DNA of 64,000 nucleotides, taken from the human T2T-CHM13v2.0 reference genome, Homo sapiens. The translations under genes and the position numbers were made by a program. Position 1 is the stretch's first letter; the number at the start of each line of letters is the position of its first letter. The notes below the pieces were generated by a model that saw only the letters and a program-made list of their open reading frames with translations, was not told the DNA's origin and searched no databases. Location: the NCBI RefSeq assembly GCF_009914755.1, contig NC_060936.1; one strand, written 5' to 3'. Shown here piece after piece: positions 1 to 14,049 of the stretch.

Positions 1-420
1 AGAATAAACTTATTCAACTCTAGCTATTTTACAGAATAAAATCAGGTCTTAATGGTAAGTACATTTTACCTATAAAATATGTCTTAAAGTTAATTGCCCA
101 AATTGGGTGATACTGCTAAAATATCCTTAATCACAGCCATAATTCATTATATATTTAATATAATAAATATTAAAAGACTGCTAGAAATTAATACAAAGGA
201 TAATTTATATTGTATTGGGTAGATAAACTTTGTTTTGTTTTCATACATGTAGAGCTAATATATGAATATAAAGTATCAATATTTTATTGTCTTATTGTTT
301 GAAAGAGAGATACATGGTTTGCAAATATTCTGAATCCTGTATAATCTTTTTGAGTTTGGATAATAATAATTTGTTTTCCCTTTTGCCTTTCTGCTTTATC
401 TTCCCTAACTATTCTCTCTC

Positions 421-3409
421 TTTTTTTTTTTTTCCCCAATTATACTTCAAGTTCTGGGATACATGTGCAGAATGTGCAGGTTTGTGACATAGGTATACAC
501 ATGCCATGGTGGTTTCCTGCACCCATCAACTCATCATCTACATTAGGTATTTCTCCTAATGCTATCACTCCCCTAGCCCTCCACCACCCTGACAGGCCCC
601 AGTGTGTGATGTTCCCCTCCCTGTGTTCATGTGTTCTCATTTTTCAACTCCCACTTAGGAGTGAGAACATGCAATGTTTGAATTTCTGTTCCTGTGTTAG
701 TTTGCTGAGAATGATGGTTTCCAGCTTCATCCATGTCCCTGCAAAAGACATGAACTCATCCTTTTTTATGGCTGCATAGTATTCCACAGTGTATATGTGC
801 CACAGTTTATCCAGTCTATCATTGATGGGCATTTGGGTTGGTTCCAAGTCTTTGCTATTGTTAGTAGTGCTGCAATAAACATACATGCGCATGTGTCTTT
901 ACAGTAAAATGATTTATAATCACTTGGATATATATCAAGTAATGGGATTGCTGAGTCAAATGGTATTTCTTGTTCTAGATCCTTGATGAATCGCCACACT
1001 GTCTTCCACCATGGTTGAATTAATTTACACTCCCACCAACAGTGTAAAAGCATTCCTATTTCTCCACATCCTCTCCAGCATCTGTTGTTTCCAGACTTTT
1101 TAATGATCGCCATTCTAACTGGCATGAGATGGTATCTCATTGTGGTTTTGATTTGCATTTCTCTAATCACCAGTGATGATGAGCTTTTTATCATATGTTT
1201 GTTGGCTGCATAAATGTCTTCTTTTGAGAAGTGCCTGTTGATATCCTTTGCCCACTTTTTGATGGGGCTGATTTTTTCATGTAAATTTGTTTAAGTTCCT
1301 CATAGATTCTGGATATTAGCCCTTTGTCAGATGGATAGATTGCAAAAATTTTCTCCCATTCTGTAGGTGGCCTGTTCACTCTGATGATAGTTTCTTTTGC
1401 TGTACTGAAGCTCTTTAGTTTAATTACATCTCATTTGTCAATTTTGGCTTTTGTTTCCATTGCTTTTGGTGTTTTGGTCATGAAGTCTTTGCCTATGCCT
1501 ATGTCCTGAATGGTATTGCCTAGGTTTTCTTCTCGGGTTTTTATGGTTTTAAGTCTTACGTTTAAGTCTTTAGTCCACCTTGAGTTAATTTTTGTATAAG
1601 GTGTAAGGAAGAAGTCCAGTGTCAGTTTTCTGCATATGGCAAGCCAGTTTTCCCAACACCATTTATTAAGAAGGGAATCCTTTCCCCATTGCCTGTTTTT
1701 GTCAGGTTTTTTTAAAGATCAGATGGTTGTAGATGTGTGGCATTATTTCTGAGGCCTCTGTTCTGTTCCATTGGTCTATATATCTGTTTTGGTACCAGCA
1801 CCATGCTGTTTTGGTTACTGTAGCCTTATAGCATAGTTTGAAGTCAGGTAGTGTGATGCCTCCACTTTGTTCTTTTTGCTTAGGATTGTCTTGGCTATAT
1901 GGGCTGTTTTTTGATTCCATATGAAATTTAAAGTAGTTTTTTTTTCTAATTCTGTGAAGAAAGTCAGGGGTAGCTTGATGAGGATTGCATTGAATCTATA
2001 AATTACTTTGGGCAGTATGTATATTGTCACAATATTGATTCTTCCTATCCATGAACATGGAATGTGTTTCCATTTGTTTGTGTCCTCTCTTATTTCCTTG
2101 AGCAGTGGTTTGTAATTCTCCTTGAAGAGGTCCTATACATCCCTTGTAAGTTGAATTCCTATGTATTTTATTCTCTTTCTAGCAATTATGAATGGGAGTT
2201 CACTCCTGATTTGGCTCTCTATTATTGGTGTATATGAATGCTTGTGATTTTTTCATATTGATTTTGTATCCTGAGACTTTGCTGAAGTTGCTTACCAGCT
2301 TAAGGAGGTTTGGGGCTGAGACAGTGGGGTTTTCTAATTATATAATCATGTCTTCTGCAAACAGAGACAATTTGACTTTCTCTATTCCTATTTGAATACC
2401 ATTTCTTTCTCTTGCCTGATTGCCCTGGCCAGAACTTCCAATACTATGTTGCAAAGGAGTGGTGACAGAAGGCATCCTTTTCTCGTGCCAGTTTTCAAAG
2501 GGAATGCTTCCAGCTTTTGCCCATTCAGTACAATATTGGCTGTAGGTTTATCATAAATAGCTCTTATTATTTTGAGATATGTTCCATCCATGTATGTGTG
2601 TATGTGTCCAGGAATTTATCCATTTCTTCTAGATTTTCTAGTTTTTTTTTTTTGTGTAGAGGTGTTTATAGTATTCTCTGGTGGTAGTTTGTATTTCTGT
2701 GGGATCAGTGGTGATATCCCCTTTATTGCTTTTTATTGTGTCTATTTGATTCTTCTCTCTTTCCTTCTTTATTAATCTGGACAGAGGTCTATTTATTTTG
2801 TTAATCTTTTCAAGAAACCTCTTGGTTTCTGAATTTGTTTGGTCTTGCTTATCTAGTTCTTTTAATTGTGAGGTTAGGGTGTCAATTTTAGATCTTTCCC
2901 ACTTTCTCCTTTGGGCATTTGGTGCTATAAATTTCCCTCTAACACTGCTTTAGCTGTGTCCCAGAGATTCTGGTATGTTCTGTCTTTGTTATTATTAGTT
3001 TCAAAGGACTTTTTATTTCTGCCTTAATTTTTTTATTTACCCAGTAGTCATTCAGGAGCAGGTTGTTCAGTTTCCAAGTAGTTGTGTGGTTTTGAGTGAG
3101 TTTCTTAATCCTGAGTTCTAATTTGATTTCACTGTGGTCTGAGAGACTATTTGTTATGATTCCCATTCTTTTGCATTTACTGAGGAGTGTTTTACTTCCA
3201 ATTAGGTAGTCAATTTTAGAATAAGTGCAATGTGGTGCTGAGAAGAATGTATAATCTGTTGATTTGGGGGGATAGTTCTATAGATGTCTATTAGGTCCAC
3301 TTGGTCAAGAGCTGAGTTCAAGCCCTGAATATCCTTGTCAATTTTATGTCTTGTATATTGACAGTGGAGTGTTAAAGTCTCCCACTATTATTGTGTGGGA
3401 GTCTAAGTC
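421..3409 (-). mobile_element. LINE-1 (L1PA7-like, range PA6-PA8), non-inverted 3' part: ORF2 remnant, 3'UTR, poly(A)
   Basis: Poly-T 421-433, then the L1PA 3'UTR complement (aagttctgggatacatgtgcagaa...). Minus-strand ORFs give ORF2 peptides: [86 protein letters not shown]. Frameshifts and internal deletions. Confidence 0.95.
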
Positions 3410-5223
3410 GCAGCTTCAGCAGACTTAAATGTTCCTGCCTTCCGACTCTGAAGAGAGCAGCGGATCTCCCAGCACAGCGCTCAAGCTCTGCTAAAGGACA
3501 AACTGACTCGTCAAGTGGGTCCCTGACCCCCATGCCTCCTGACTGGGAGACACCTCCCAGCAGGAGTCGACAGACACCTCATACAGGAGAGCTCCAGCTA
3601 GCATCTAGCGGGTGCCCCTCTGGGATGAATCTTCCAAAGGAAGGAACAGGCAGCAATCTCTGCTGTTCTGCAGCCTACGCTGGTGATACCCAGGCAAACA
3701 GGGTCTGGAGTGGACCTTCAGCAAACTTGCAGCAGAGGGTCCTGATTGTTAGAAGGAAAACTAACAAACAGAAAGGAACAACATCAACATCAACAAAAAG
3801 GATGTCTGTACAAAGACCCCATCTGAAGGTCACCAACATCAAAGACCAAAGGTAGATAAATCCATGAAGATAAGGAAAAACCAGCACAAAAAGGCTGAAA
3901 ATTCCAAAAACCAGAATGCCTCTTCTCCTCCAAAGAATCACAACTCCTCACCAGCAAGGGAACAAAACTGGATGGAGAATGAGTTTGACAATTGGATAGA
4001 AGTAGGCTTCAGGAGGGAGGTAATAACAAACTCCTCTGAGCTAAAGGAGCACGTTCTAACACAATGCAAGGAAGTTAAGAACCTTGAAAAAAGGTTAGAC
4101 CAATTGCTAACTAGAATAACCAGTTTAGAGAAGAACATAAATGACCTGATGGAGCTGAAAAACCCAGCACAAGAACTTCGTGCATTATACACAAGTATCA
4201 ATAGCTGAATCAATCAAGCAGAAGAAAGGATATCAGAGATCGATTATCAACTTAATAAAATAAAGCAAGATGACAAGATTAGAGAAAAAAGAATGAAAAG
4301 GAACGAATAAAGCCTCCAAGAAATACAAGATTATGTGAAAAGACCAAACCTACATTTGATTGGTGTACCTGAAAGTGACGGGGAGAATGGAACCAAGTTG
4401 GAAAACACTCTTCAGGATATTATGCAGGAGAACTTCTCCAACCTAGAAAGACAGGCCAACATTCAAATTCAGGAAATACAGAGAACACCACAAAGATACT
4501 CCTCAGGAAGAGCAACCTCAAGACACATAATCATCAGATTCACCAAGGTTGAAATGAAGGAAAAAATGTTAAGGGCAGCCAGAGAGAAAGGTGGGGTTAC
4601 TCATAAAGGAAAGCCCATCAGACTAACAGCAGATCTCTCTGCAGAAGCCCTACAAGCCAGAAGAGAGTGGGGGCCAATATCCAACATACTTAAAGAAAAG
4701 AATTTTCAACCCAGAATTTCATATCCAGCCAAACTAAGCTTCACAAGTGAAGGAGAAATAAAATCCTTTACAGACAAGCAAATGCTGAGAGATTTTGTCA
4801 CCACCAGGCCTGCCTTACAAGAGCTCTTGAAGGAAGCACTAAATATGGAAAGGAAAAACCAGTAACAGCCACTGCAAATAAAACCCAAAATGTAAAGACC
4901 ATCAAAACTATGAAGAAACTGCGTAAACAAATGGGCAAAATAACCAGCTAACATCATAATGACAGAATCAAATTCACACATAACAATATTAACCTTAAAT
5001 GTAAACGGACTAAATTGACCAAATTAAAAGACACAGACTGGCAAATTGGATAGAGTCAAGACCCACTGGTGTGCTGTATTCAGGAGACCCATCTCATGTG
5101 CAAAGACACATATAGGCTCAAAATAAAGGGATGGAGGAATATTTACCAAGCAAATGGAAAGCAAAAAAAAAAAAAAAAAAAAAAAAGCAGGGGTTGCAAT
5201 CCTAGTCTCTGATAAAACAGACT
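3410..5223 (+). mobile_element. Inverted 5' part of the same L1: partial 5'UTR, ORF1, start of ORF2 endonuclease
   Basis: 5'UTR motifs (gacttaaatgttcctgcc, ctgactgggagacacctcccagcagg), ORF1 peptides, ORF2 ATG at 4959 (atgacagaatcaaattcacac), ending at GATAAAACAGACT. TSD core actattct at 408-415 and 5221-5228. Confidence 0.93.
3864..4865 (+). pseudogene. Disrupted L1 ORF1p coding region
   Basis: RKNQHKKAENSKNQNASSPPK ... KRPNLHLIGVPESDGENGTKLENTLQDI ... REKG...KGKPIRLTADLSAEALQARREWG ... YPAKLSF. Broken by a premature stop at 4206-4208 and further lesions. Confidence 0.92.
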
Positions 5224-6220
5224 ATTCTTCCTTTTCTCCTTCCATCTTTATCCCGTTTTCTGTACAATGTCCCACTCTGGCTTCTCTTTCTATTTTCTTT
5301 CTAATCTTGCTCTGCACATGCTACCTTTGCAGAGCCAATTTGTTTCCCAGAATGGAAGGGACTGCTTATCTCTAGGAGAAGAACTTTGTCCCATGGAGCT
5401 GTTATGGTCAGATAAGCAGCCAGCTGCTGTTTGGACAGGGCAAGGTTGGCTGTTGTCCCTCCTGGACTAAACTAAGCAGCAGGAAAAGAGCCACCTTATG
5501 ATGGATCAGATAGCCACAGACAAAGCTGATAGTAGGGAATGTTTGGGGTAGGATTTCAGAGACTCTAAACCTAAATATGTTTTGCCTGAGTTCGTCATTT
5601 TGTCACAGGTTTCTCTCTTTGGCTGCTAGTTAGCATATTCCTAGTGGATTTACAATGGCAGCTAACCAAGTGTTGTCTCATGAACCTGAATTTTGAAAAA
5701 ATAAATCTTCTTCCACAGGTCCTCATGAAATATCCCTCTATTAGCAACAAGCATCCCATAGTGTCTTATTATTGTTCTTTGCTGAAAATGGCCCAGAATA
5801 TGATTTATTTTCAACATTTCATAGTCCATAGAACTATTCAAAATGATATGTTAAATACTAGTGGTTCATTTTGTTTAGGTATGAAACAGGCATTATAATT
5901 AAGGATTTATTTGTGTAGCTTTTTGCCAACAAAGATGATGCTTTTGACCCTACAGCTGTGTGTAGTTGTGGCCAAATCTGCTAATCACTGACCATTGCTT
6001 GTCACATCACTGTTTGCATACATACAGCTTAGCTTGAAAACTGAGGCCAGTGACTCTTTTCTGGCTGCCTTTCATTAACATTCTTCCATTTTCCCCCCTT
6101 GGGTTAGGCCATTGCCAAATGTGGACAAAGCATGTGAAAAAGTACAGAATTGTTTTATGGCAGGCTTTTCTGAGACGAAACTACATTAGTATGCAAATTA
6201 TTAAAATTATTTGGATAGAT

Positions 6221-6404
6221 CAATAGTTCTCAAAATTTCATGTGCATGAGAATTACGTGGGGGACCTGTTACAGATTACTGAGCTCCACCCACAGAATTT
6301 CTGATTCAGATGGTGTGTAAACGGGCATCCAAGAAGTTTTCTTTGTAACATGTCCCCAGGTGATGCTAATGATGCTGGTCCAGGACAATACTCGGAGCAT
6401 GCCT
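6221..6404. mobile_element. MER5A-like hAT-Charlie MITE
   Basis: caatagttctcaaa...ccacccacagaatttctgattcag...aacatgtccccaggtgatgctaatgatgctggtcc. Confidence 0.75.
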
Positions 6405-7285
6405 GAGGTTGACAAGTCAATTATTACAAATATGAATCAGCCCCCACAGGTATACCTCATGATCTGGTCTACTATATGTTTGATTGCAGCAATCATTAAC
6501 ACCCAGGATCTTACCACCACCCATCTCCCCTTCTGAATATCATTTTATAACTAGAGGATGAGCTTCAGGCTGTTTATGTAAGTTCATAACCTATTCTCAT
6601 CTTCCCTTTCCATGGCATTTCTGGGATGTTTCACAGTGATTCATTTTCTCCACATAATGTGTTGTGTATGGCTTTTCTCTAAGAGGAGAACAGTTATGTC
6701 CTTTGAAGGTGGACTGGGCTAAAGGAAATTGTTAGTGGCTCATCTTTTGAATGGTGAGCTGGGCACACAGACAGGTCTAATCAAAGTATTTGAGTAAATG
6801 GGAGCTTCATGTCTATTATCTCAGTTCTGCTCATTGTGAAGGTTAGGTGACATTAGAAATTCTGATTTTAAGTTTGGCTTGGAGCTTGAAGCCTCTGCTG
6901 TCTGGCTATAGACCAGTTGGTGAAAACAATGTATTGATTTGCTTAATTTTTTTTATCTTTCTGTCTAGTCTTTAAAAGGTCTAACAAAGTCACTGCCTTT
7001 ACTTTGAAGATGTTGATGAGAATATTTGCAGCAGATGCGATCTGTCTGGGAATGTTGGTATTTGACAATTTTGAGTTGCACCCTAAGCCCTTGTCATTTT
7101 GTTACAATAATTAATTACTAGCTACATGTTATTTAGGGTATTGCCAGAAAACAAGGATAGATAAAAAGTATTCCTTGAAGAATATTTGGGGGGATAACTT
7201 TAAAGAACCAAAAGTAACTAGATTTTAAGTTCCTTGAAGGCAAAAACCATAGCATCCTTTCTTCTTAATCGTTATATCAACAAAT

Positions 7286-7593
<308 letters not shown>

Positions 7594-7709
7594 TATATCA
7601 ACAAATCTTAACTGCATTTTGCTCTCAATACTCAAACTTAACCCATGTATTTTAAAAAAATGCTATTCCCATTATCTTGAGAAAAAGATATTCTGAGAGA
7701 CAATGTAGC

Positions 7710-8310
7710 TCAGCATTCCCAAAGTGTGATCCTTGGAAATTCAGTGTCTTAGAAATAGTTTTAATCATAACAAATTTTTGTAGAATTCAGAATAAATATA
7801 ACCAATCTCCTCTTCACTTAATCATAATATGCATAAGCAAAATAAAGATCCTAGGAGGTCCTGAAGAAAAAAGATATAATAATATTTTTACCAGCTTTAC
7901 TGAAGTAAAATTGACAAATAAAAATTGCATATATCCTTAAGGTGCCCAACATAATAATTTGATATACATATTCATTGTGAAGTGATTACCATACTAAAAC
8001 TAATTAACACATCCATTGCCTTATATAGTTATTTTTTGTATGTGTGGCTAAACACTTAATATCTACTCTATTAGCAAATTTCCGGTATACAATATAATAT
8101 TGTTTACTATAGTCACCATGTTGTATATTGTATCTCTAAAACTTATTTATGTTACAAATGAAAGTATACTCCCTTTAACCAATGTCTCTTCATTTCCTAT
8201 GCCACCAATGACAATATTTTAAAATCAAAACCATATATTTAGAATTGTTTAACCTAAGATTCTGCAAATTTATTTAAGCAAACATTGATACAGCATTTTT
8301 GAAAACATGA
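7710..8310. mobile_element. Old hAT-Charlie element (MER103-like), split by an L1MA fragment
   Basis: cagcattcccaaagtgtg start; ggaggtcctgaagaaaaaaga; resumes at ttgtttaacctaagattctgcaaatttattt after 8240. Confidence 0.4.
7885..8205 (-). mobile_element. L1MA9/10-like 3' end
   Basis: agctttactgaagtaaaattgacaaataaaaattg...tatctactctattagcaaattt...ctatagtcaccatgttgtat. Confidence 0.8.
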
Positions 8311-8365
8311 CCAGAGTGCAAACGTAAGCAAATATTATTGAACACCTCCAGTACAACCCCCACAT

Positions 8366-8397
8366 ACACACACACACACACACATACACACACACAC
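8366..8397. repeat. (CA)n microsatellite
   Basis: Direct reading. Confidence 0.95.
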
Positions 8398-8690
8398 TGA
8401 TTGTCAAACTACTCATCCAGTTAAGTAGCATTATCCCCTCTTCGCAGATTATAACACTACAAAATAGAGATGTTAATCAATTAACCTATGGTTTTCCACA
8501 CATGCGTTGTCTCTCCACTTATCAACGGAAATTGCAGCCCAGGGCTCAAAAACCTGAAAGGCAGCCAGAACTCTTGCTTAGGGGCATTTGCAACACATAG
8601 CCACAAGCATAGCAAAAGTTTATTTTAAAAAGAATGTGGTAATATTACATAAGCATTATTGAAATAATCATCACAAACATGAGTTTTTAA

Positions 8691-9182
<492 letters not shown>

Positions 9183-9299
9183 TAAGCATTACTTCAGAAT
9201 TTCTTACTCTCTTTAGACATTCCATTTACACATCACATAACACTTTCATTGTTTATCACTCCCCTACCTCAGTAGCTTCCAGTATCATAATCACTTCTT

Positions 9300-10990
9300 T
9301 GCAAATGCCCTCAATACCATTGCCCCTTTTTCACTCCAAATACTTGCCTGACAAAACTCGTCCTTGCTATGTCCAGTTATATCTCTCAAATGGGCACTGA
9401 GATTAAACTTCTATCTCTATCCCTTGTTAAATCTCTATTCCCAATAGAACTATTCCATACCTACACTCGTTAAGCTTCCATGTTCTTTTCTGGATCTTCA
9501 CACTAAGTTGACATCCTCAGGTTTGTAATAAACAAGGATAAACAAAATGGCTTACCACCCTACTTTCATCCACGCTCAATGTTTTCTGTCTTTTCATCTT
9601 TAACAGCAGAAGAAAATTGTTTACTCTGAACAGAGACAAACCCAACTCTTAAGCCCCATATCTTAGTCTCTCATTTTCAAGGATTTTAATGGGGCTGTTT
9701 TTCCTTCTTGTGTTACATATATTTCTGTTACTCAAACAGATTATTTATCTCAGTGTACTTTATGATTCACTTTAAATCATGTCATTTTTATGTCTGGGCC
9801 TTTTCCCTATGAAATATTCCTTGTCAAAGTCCCAGATGATTTCCATGCTGCCATAGCCAATAGTTAACTTCTGCTGCTCTCAACTTCCCCTCAGCTTTCT
9901 TGATATCACAGTGTTCTAATTTTCTCCCTCACTGGCAGCTCCTTCTCAGGTCCCTTTGCTGTTTTTTCTTCTAACTTCTAAATATTTGAAGTGGTCCAGA
10001 GTTGAGACCTTGTCAGTTGCTGTTTCCTACCCATACTCTCTTCCTAGGTTTTTTTTTTTTTTTGAGACGGAGTCTCACTCTGTTGCCAGGCTGGAGTGCA
10101 GTGGCATGATCTCGGCTCGGCACGATCTGGGCTCACTGCAACTTCTGCCCCCTGCGTTCAAGCAATTCTCTTGCCTTAGCCTCCTGTGTAGCTAGGACTA
10201 CAGGTGCACGCCACCATCAGTTTTTTGCTGATGGATTCAAAAGTTGTTTATTAAGCTACTAACTTCCAGAATTCTGAAGCAAAATATCTAACCACCTATT
10301 GAGAGCTCCATTTTTAAGTCTAATATTATCAAGCTCAAACTGGGACTTTACAGAACTGTTCCCTTCTCAGTTTCCTCTATTAAAGTTAATAACACAAATA
10401 TCAATCATTTGCTTAGGCAGAGTTTCACCCTGATTCTTCCATTTTCCCTAGCATTGGCTCCATCCAATACCTTAGAAATTCCTATTAGTTTTACTTCAAA
10501 ATAGTCTTTGAACTTGTCCTTATTTCTTCCATATCTACTGCTAACACCCAAACCAGACTGCTGTCTCTTCCCTGGACTATTGCAATTGCTTTCTTATTTT
10601 ATCCTTCTAATTTCATTGTCACACATGCTTTATTTACATAGCATCAATCTAATCTTTTAACAACATGAATAATATTATGTCACCACCATACACAAACCTC
10701 ACAATTACTTTTCAGGGTGAATCAATTAAAATTCAAATTATTTATCATGGTCTCCACTGAAAGACGTATATAATGTGGCCCTTAGCCACTCATATGATCT
10801 TATTGCGTATAATTCCACTTCTCACTAAGTATGCTATAGTCACATTAATCTTTTCTCAGGTTTTCAAGGAAGACAAATTCATTCCTTCTTTAGGCTCTTT
10901 GCACTGGCTGTCCTCTCTGACTGGAATGATAGTACGCTGTTCTCTGTATGACCAACTTCTCAGTTGATGTCTCAGCTAAATTGTGTGAAT
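9300..10990 (+). mobile_element. LINE-2 remnant (interrupted by an Alu half)
   Basis: ccttgtcaaagtcccagatgatttccatgctgcc; ctcactggcagctccttctcagg; ccctggactattgcaat; ggctctttgcactggctgtcctctctgactggaatg. Confidence 0.7.
10049..10217 (-). mobile_element. AluSc-like right monomer only
   Basis: Poly-T, ctgttgccaggctgg (Sc-type 1-bp gap), ends at cacgccaccat. Internal 16-bp duplication. Confidence 0.88.
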
Positions 10991-11519
10991 TTTTGTGTAT
11001 GCCTCAACTGAAGGATAAGCTAGTCTCTAGTGTTATCTGATTTCATGTTGTGTTCTGTATAAAAGAAGAATTACAAAAGAATAGCCAGATAATGAAAGGT
11101 AAAATATAAAGTGCTTTCAAAACACAAATTGCATTATAGGTGCATAAAAATAATATACAGCAAAGAGTGTTGCTCTCTAATGGGAAGAGTCAATTGTATA
11201 AGGCCATTAAAAAGTAACTCAGACTCCATCATGTTAACGAAAGAGTAAAATTCCATTAGGCTAGGGCTAAGAGGTCTCTATTAATTAAACACTACAGTAC
11301 TTTTCTGCATATATAGTTCATAGAAACTCATGTAAAAAACTTCCTTTGAAGTAAGAAAATGTAGACTGATTTTTGGCATATAATAAATATGACTTCTACC
11401 TAATGAAATAACGGAGCTAGTTTATGATCATCAATAGAAGCTAAAACATTAGGAGAAATGTTGATATGAAAGTTTTTAATAAAAGATTTATGCTAATAGA
11501 TTTTAGCATTATTAGCCTA

Positions 11520-11810
11520 AATGTTCATATCAATGTTAACATTACCAAAAGAGGAATCACTTCACATTATGTACCTCCTGATATCATGGGGAAAAACAAA
11601 TAGAAAAAAAAAGAAACGCAAAAAATAACAAGAAGAATGGAATCACACCAAACTTCTAGATGTAGCTACCAGCTACCAGAAATATGTGGGGATAGAAGAA
11701 CATGTGAAATTATACCACAAGCATATCTAGAGTGCAGGGAATTCTATAGCACAAACAACATACATTGTTATGGTTGGAAAAGTATTCAAGAGACATATCA
11801 AATTCTTTTT
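11520..11810 (+). mobile_element. Old L1ME-type 3' fragment
   Basis: atcaatgttaacattacc...cattatgtacctcctgat...ggaattctatagcacaaac. Confidence 0.4.
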
Positions 11811-11839
11811 TAAAAGTATATCACCTAATGTGAGTACAA

Positions 11840-12330
11840 TATAAATATGAAAAGAAGCCACTGGAAGATTTTAAGCATGGTAGTGACATGATTTGATTTC
11901 AGTTTGAAAAGATCACTAAGACTTCAATGTGAAGAATAGATTGTGAGTTGTAACCATGGAAGCCTGGAGAATGGTGATAAAGCCATTATAGTAGTTGAGG
12001 TTGAGAGATGATGGCAGCTTGGAGGTAAATATAAAAGGATAGAACAGGTGTATAATAGACAAGAGCCAAGTCTACTTGATAATGTGGAGTATGACAGAGG
12101 AACTTTAGACAAATTCTGTATTTGGGGCAGAAACAATGAAGCGTGTGGTGGAGACATCACTAAGATGTGGAACACTGGGGGAGGAGGCGGTTTAGGTGTA
12201 GAAAAAAACAATCTTTGGACTTTGTTGCTTTGAGATATTTACGAGCTATCTTAGTATAGCTGTCAAGAATGGAGGTGGCTATACAAGTATGTATCTCAGA
12301 AGAATAGTTGAAATTCAAGCTTGAATAGAG
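11840..12330 (-). mobile_element. LINE-2 fragment
   Basis: gaagccactggaagattttaagcatggtagtgacatgatttgatt...gagagatgatggcagcttgg. Confidence 0.75.
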
Positions 12331-12824
12331 TTTGAATAATCCAGAAGACACCATATGTGTTTCTAGCCTTGGTTATAACTCTTTCAGAAACCTTCCTTTC
12401 TTCCATGTATCCAGCCACCATTGCAGAAAGAAACAGAGGAAAAAATAGGAGATCTGAGAAAAAGAGGATTTTATATAATAAAATTGACAAATTACCCAAA
12501 ACATGTTTATATTTTTATTAGAAAAATATTAATAAATTGTTTCAAAACAATTTTATTTTTAGTTTCATTTCTTGTTTTTCAGCTAGTGGGAATTCATTAA
12601 TAATATCAGTTGGCTTAGAAATGATGGAGATAATTTTTCTTTAAACATTGTTGCAAGACAACTTAATTCAGTTTGGCTATTTAGGTTATTTCTGATGAGC
12701 AGTAATGAACCCTTACAAATACAGGTGGCAGAAACTTTTAGTTTCCTCCCCCAAATTAAGTTACCTGATGGTTTTAAAGCAAGTCTTCTCAGAATGAATT
12801 TTGCCATGTACAAGCCTCTTATTA

Positions 12825-13032
12825 CTACATATATATGTATGTATCTCCACACGCATATATATTTGTGTATGTATAGGCACATACATAGGTATGTATAGGT
12901 GTGTATACATACATATACTTAGGTATGTATATACCTATGCACATACATAGGTATGTGTAAGTGTGTATATATGTATATGTATTTGTATATGTGATTACTT
13001 GCATGTTTATTTACATACATTTATATGCATAC
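12825..13032. repeat. TA/TG/CA low-complexity tract
   Basis: Alternating purine-pyrimidine sequence; gcacatacataggtatgt occurs twice, 61 bp apart. Confidence 0.85.
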
Positions 13033-14049
13033 AGTTATAATTGTACAAACTGTTGTTGATCATAGGCTTTCAGACATTTTGTGTAAAGATTTCAATAGAA
13101 AACAATAATGCAATAATATTCTGACTGTAGGGCTTGCTAAACTTTGCAACAGAATACTTAGTTAAAAGATATTTCTAGACTTAAAAAGTTACCCTGAAGA
13201 TATTAAGCTTCTGTATTCATTAGATTGTTATAACCCATTTATGAAAAATTAGGCTCATCTGTAAAATATTTCTGGCCATTTATCTTGAACATGACTCATT
13301 TTAAAAATTAAAATTTATTTCTAGCATTATTTGTACTAATTAACAAAATTTCTAGCACACATTTAAATATCAGTATTTGAAATTTGCCCATAGTTGCTTT
13401 TGGAATGTAGAAAGGTGATTATGATTATTTTCAAATGCTAGTTTAACCTCATTTGATGTGTGGATTCCTGATAAGGATACTTAAAAATGTTAAAAACTAC
13501 CTAGAGAATAGATACAAGTTAACTTATGCACAAATATACTGCATTGTCAAACTCAAAGTATATTAAAGTAAATTATAGAAATAACATTCGTTCAAGTTAC
13601 AATATCTAAGTGTGTAACTTGGTTACAGACTTTTTTGATACATATTATAAATGGCAGGCTAGATTTTCCTCTTTTATACTTATTCTTCCTAGTCGATGTG
13701 AAAGGTCTGATTATGTGAAGATAGACCACAAAATCAGGATCTCTTTTCCTTCTGATTTCATACTTCTTATTTTCCCTTCTCTCTAATCTTTTCATCAGGC
13801 TCCACCCAGAATGAACAAATTAGAATTGAAAAATGAACAATTCATTGAAGAATCTGAAGAATTCATACTCTGAGGGTATGAAAGAAAAGCTATACCACCT
13901 GTCATAACAGTCACAACTGATCACTGAAAACTGTATTCACATTTATAATTCCCACATGCATAATTCTTTGTGTTAGAGTGTGTTATGTAAGCACTTTTTA
14001 AGACTCCAGTGTTTTCTCCTTTGCTTCTTCCTGGTGAACATTTTGCTAT

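Noticed and set aside
3391-3855. 154-aa ORF across the inversion junction as a new chimeric gene
   Set aside because: It has a non-ATG start, reads through L1 5'UTR sequence, and has no support for expression.
3864-5223. Functional L1 ORF1/ORF2
   Set aside because: Premature stops, the inversion, deletions and a missing promoter 5' end make this a dead copy.
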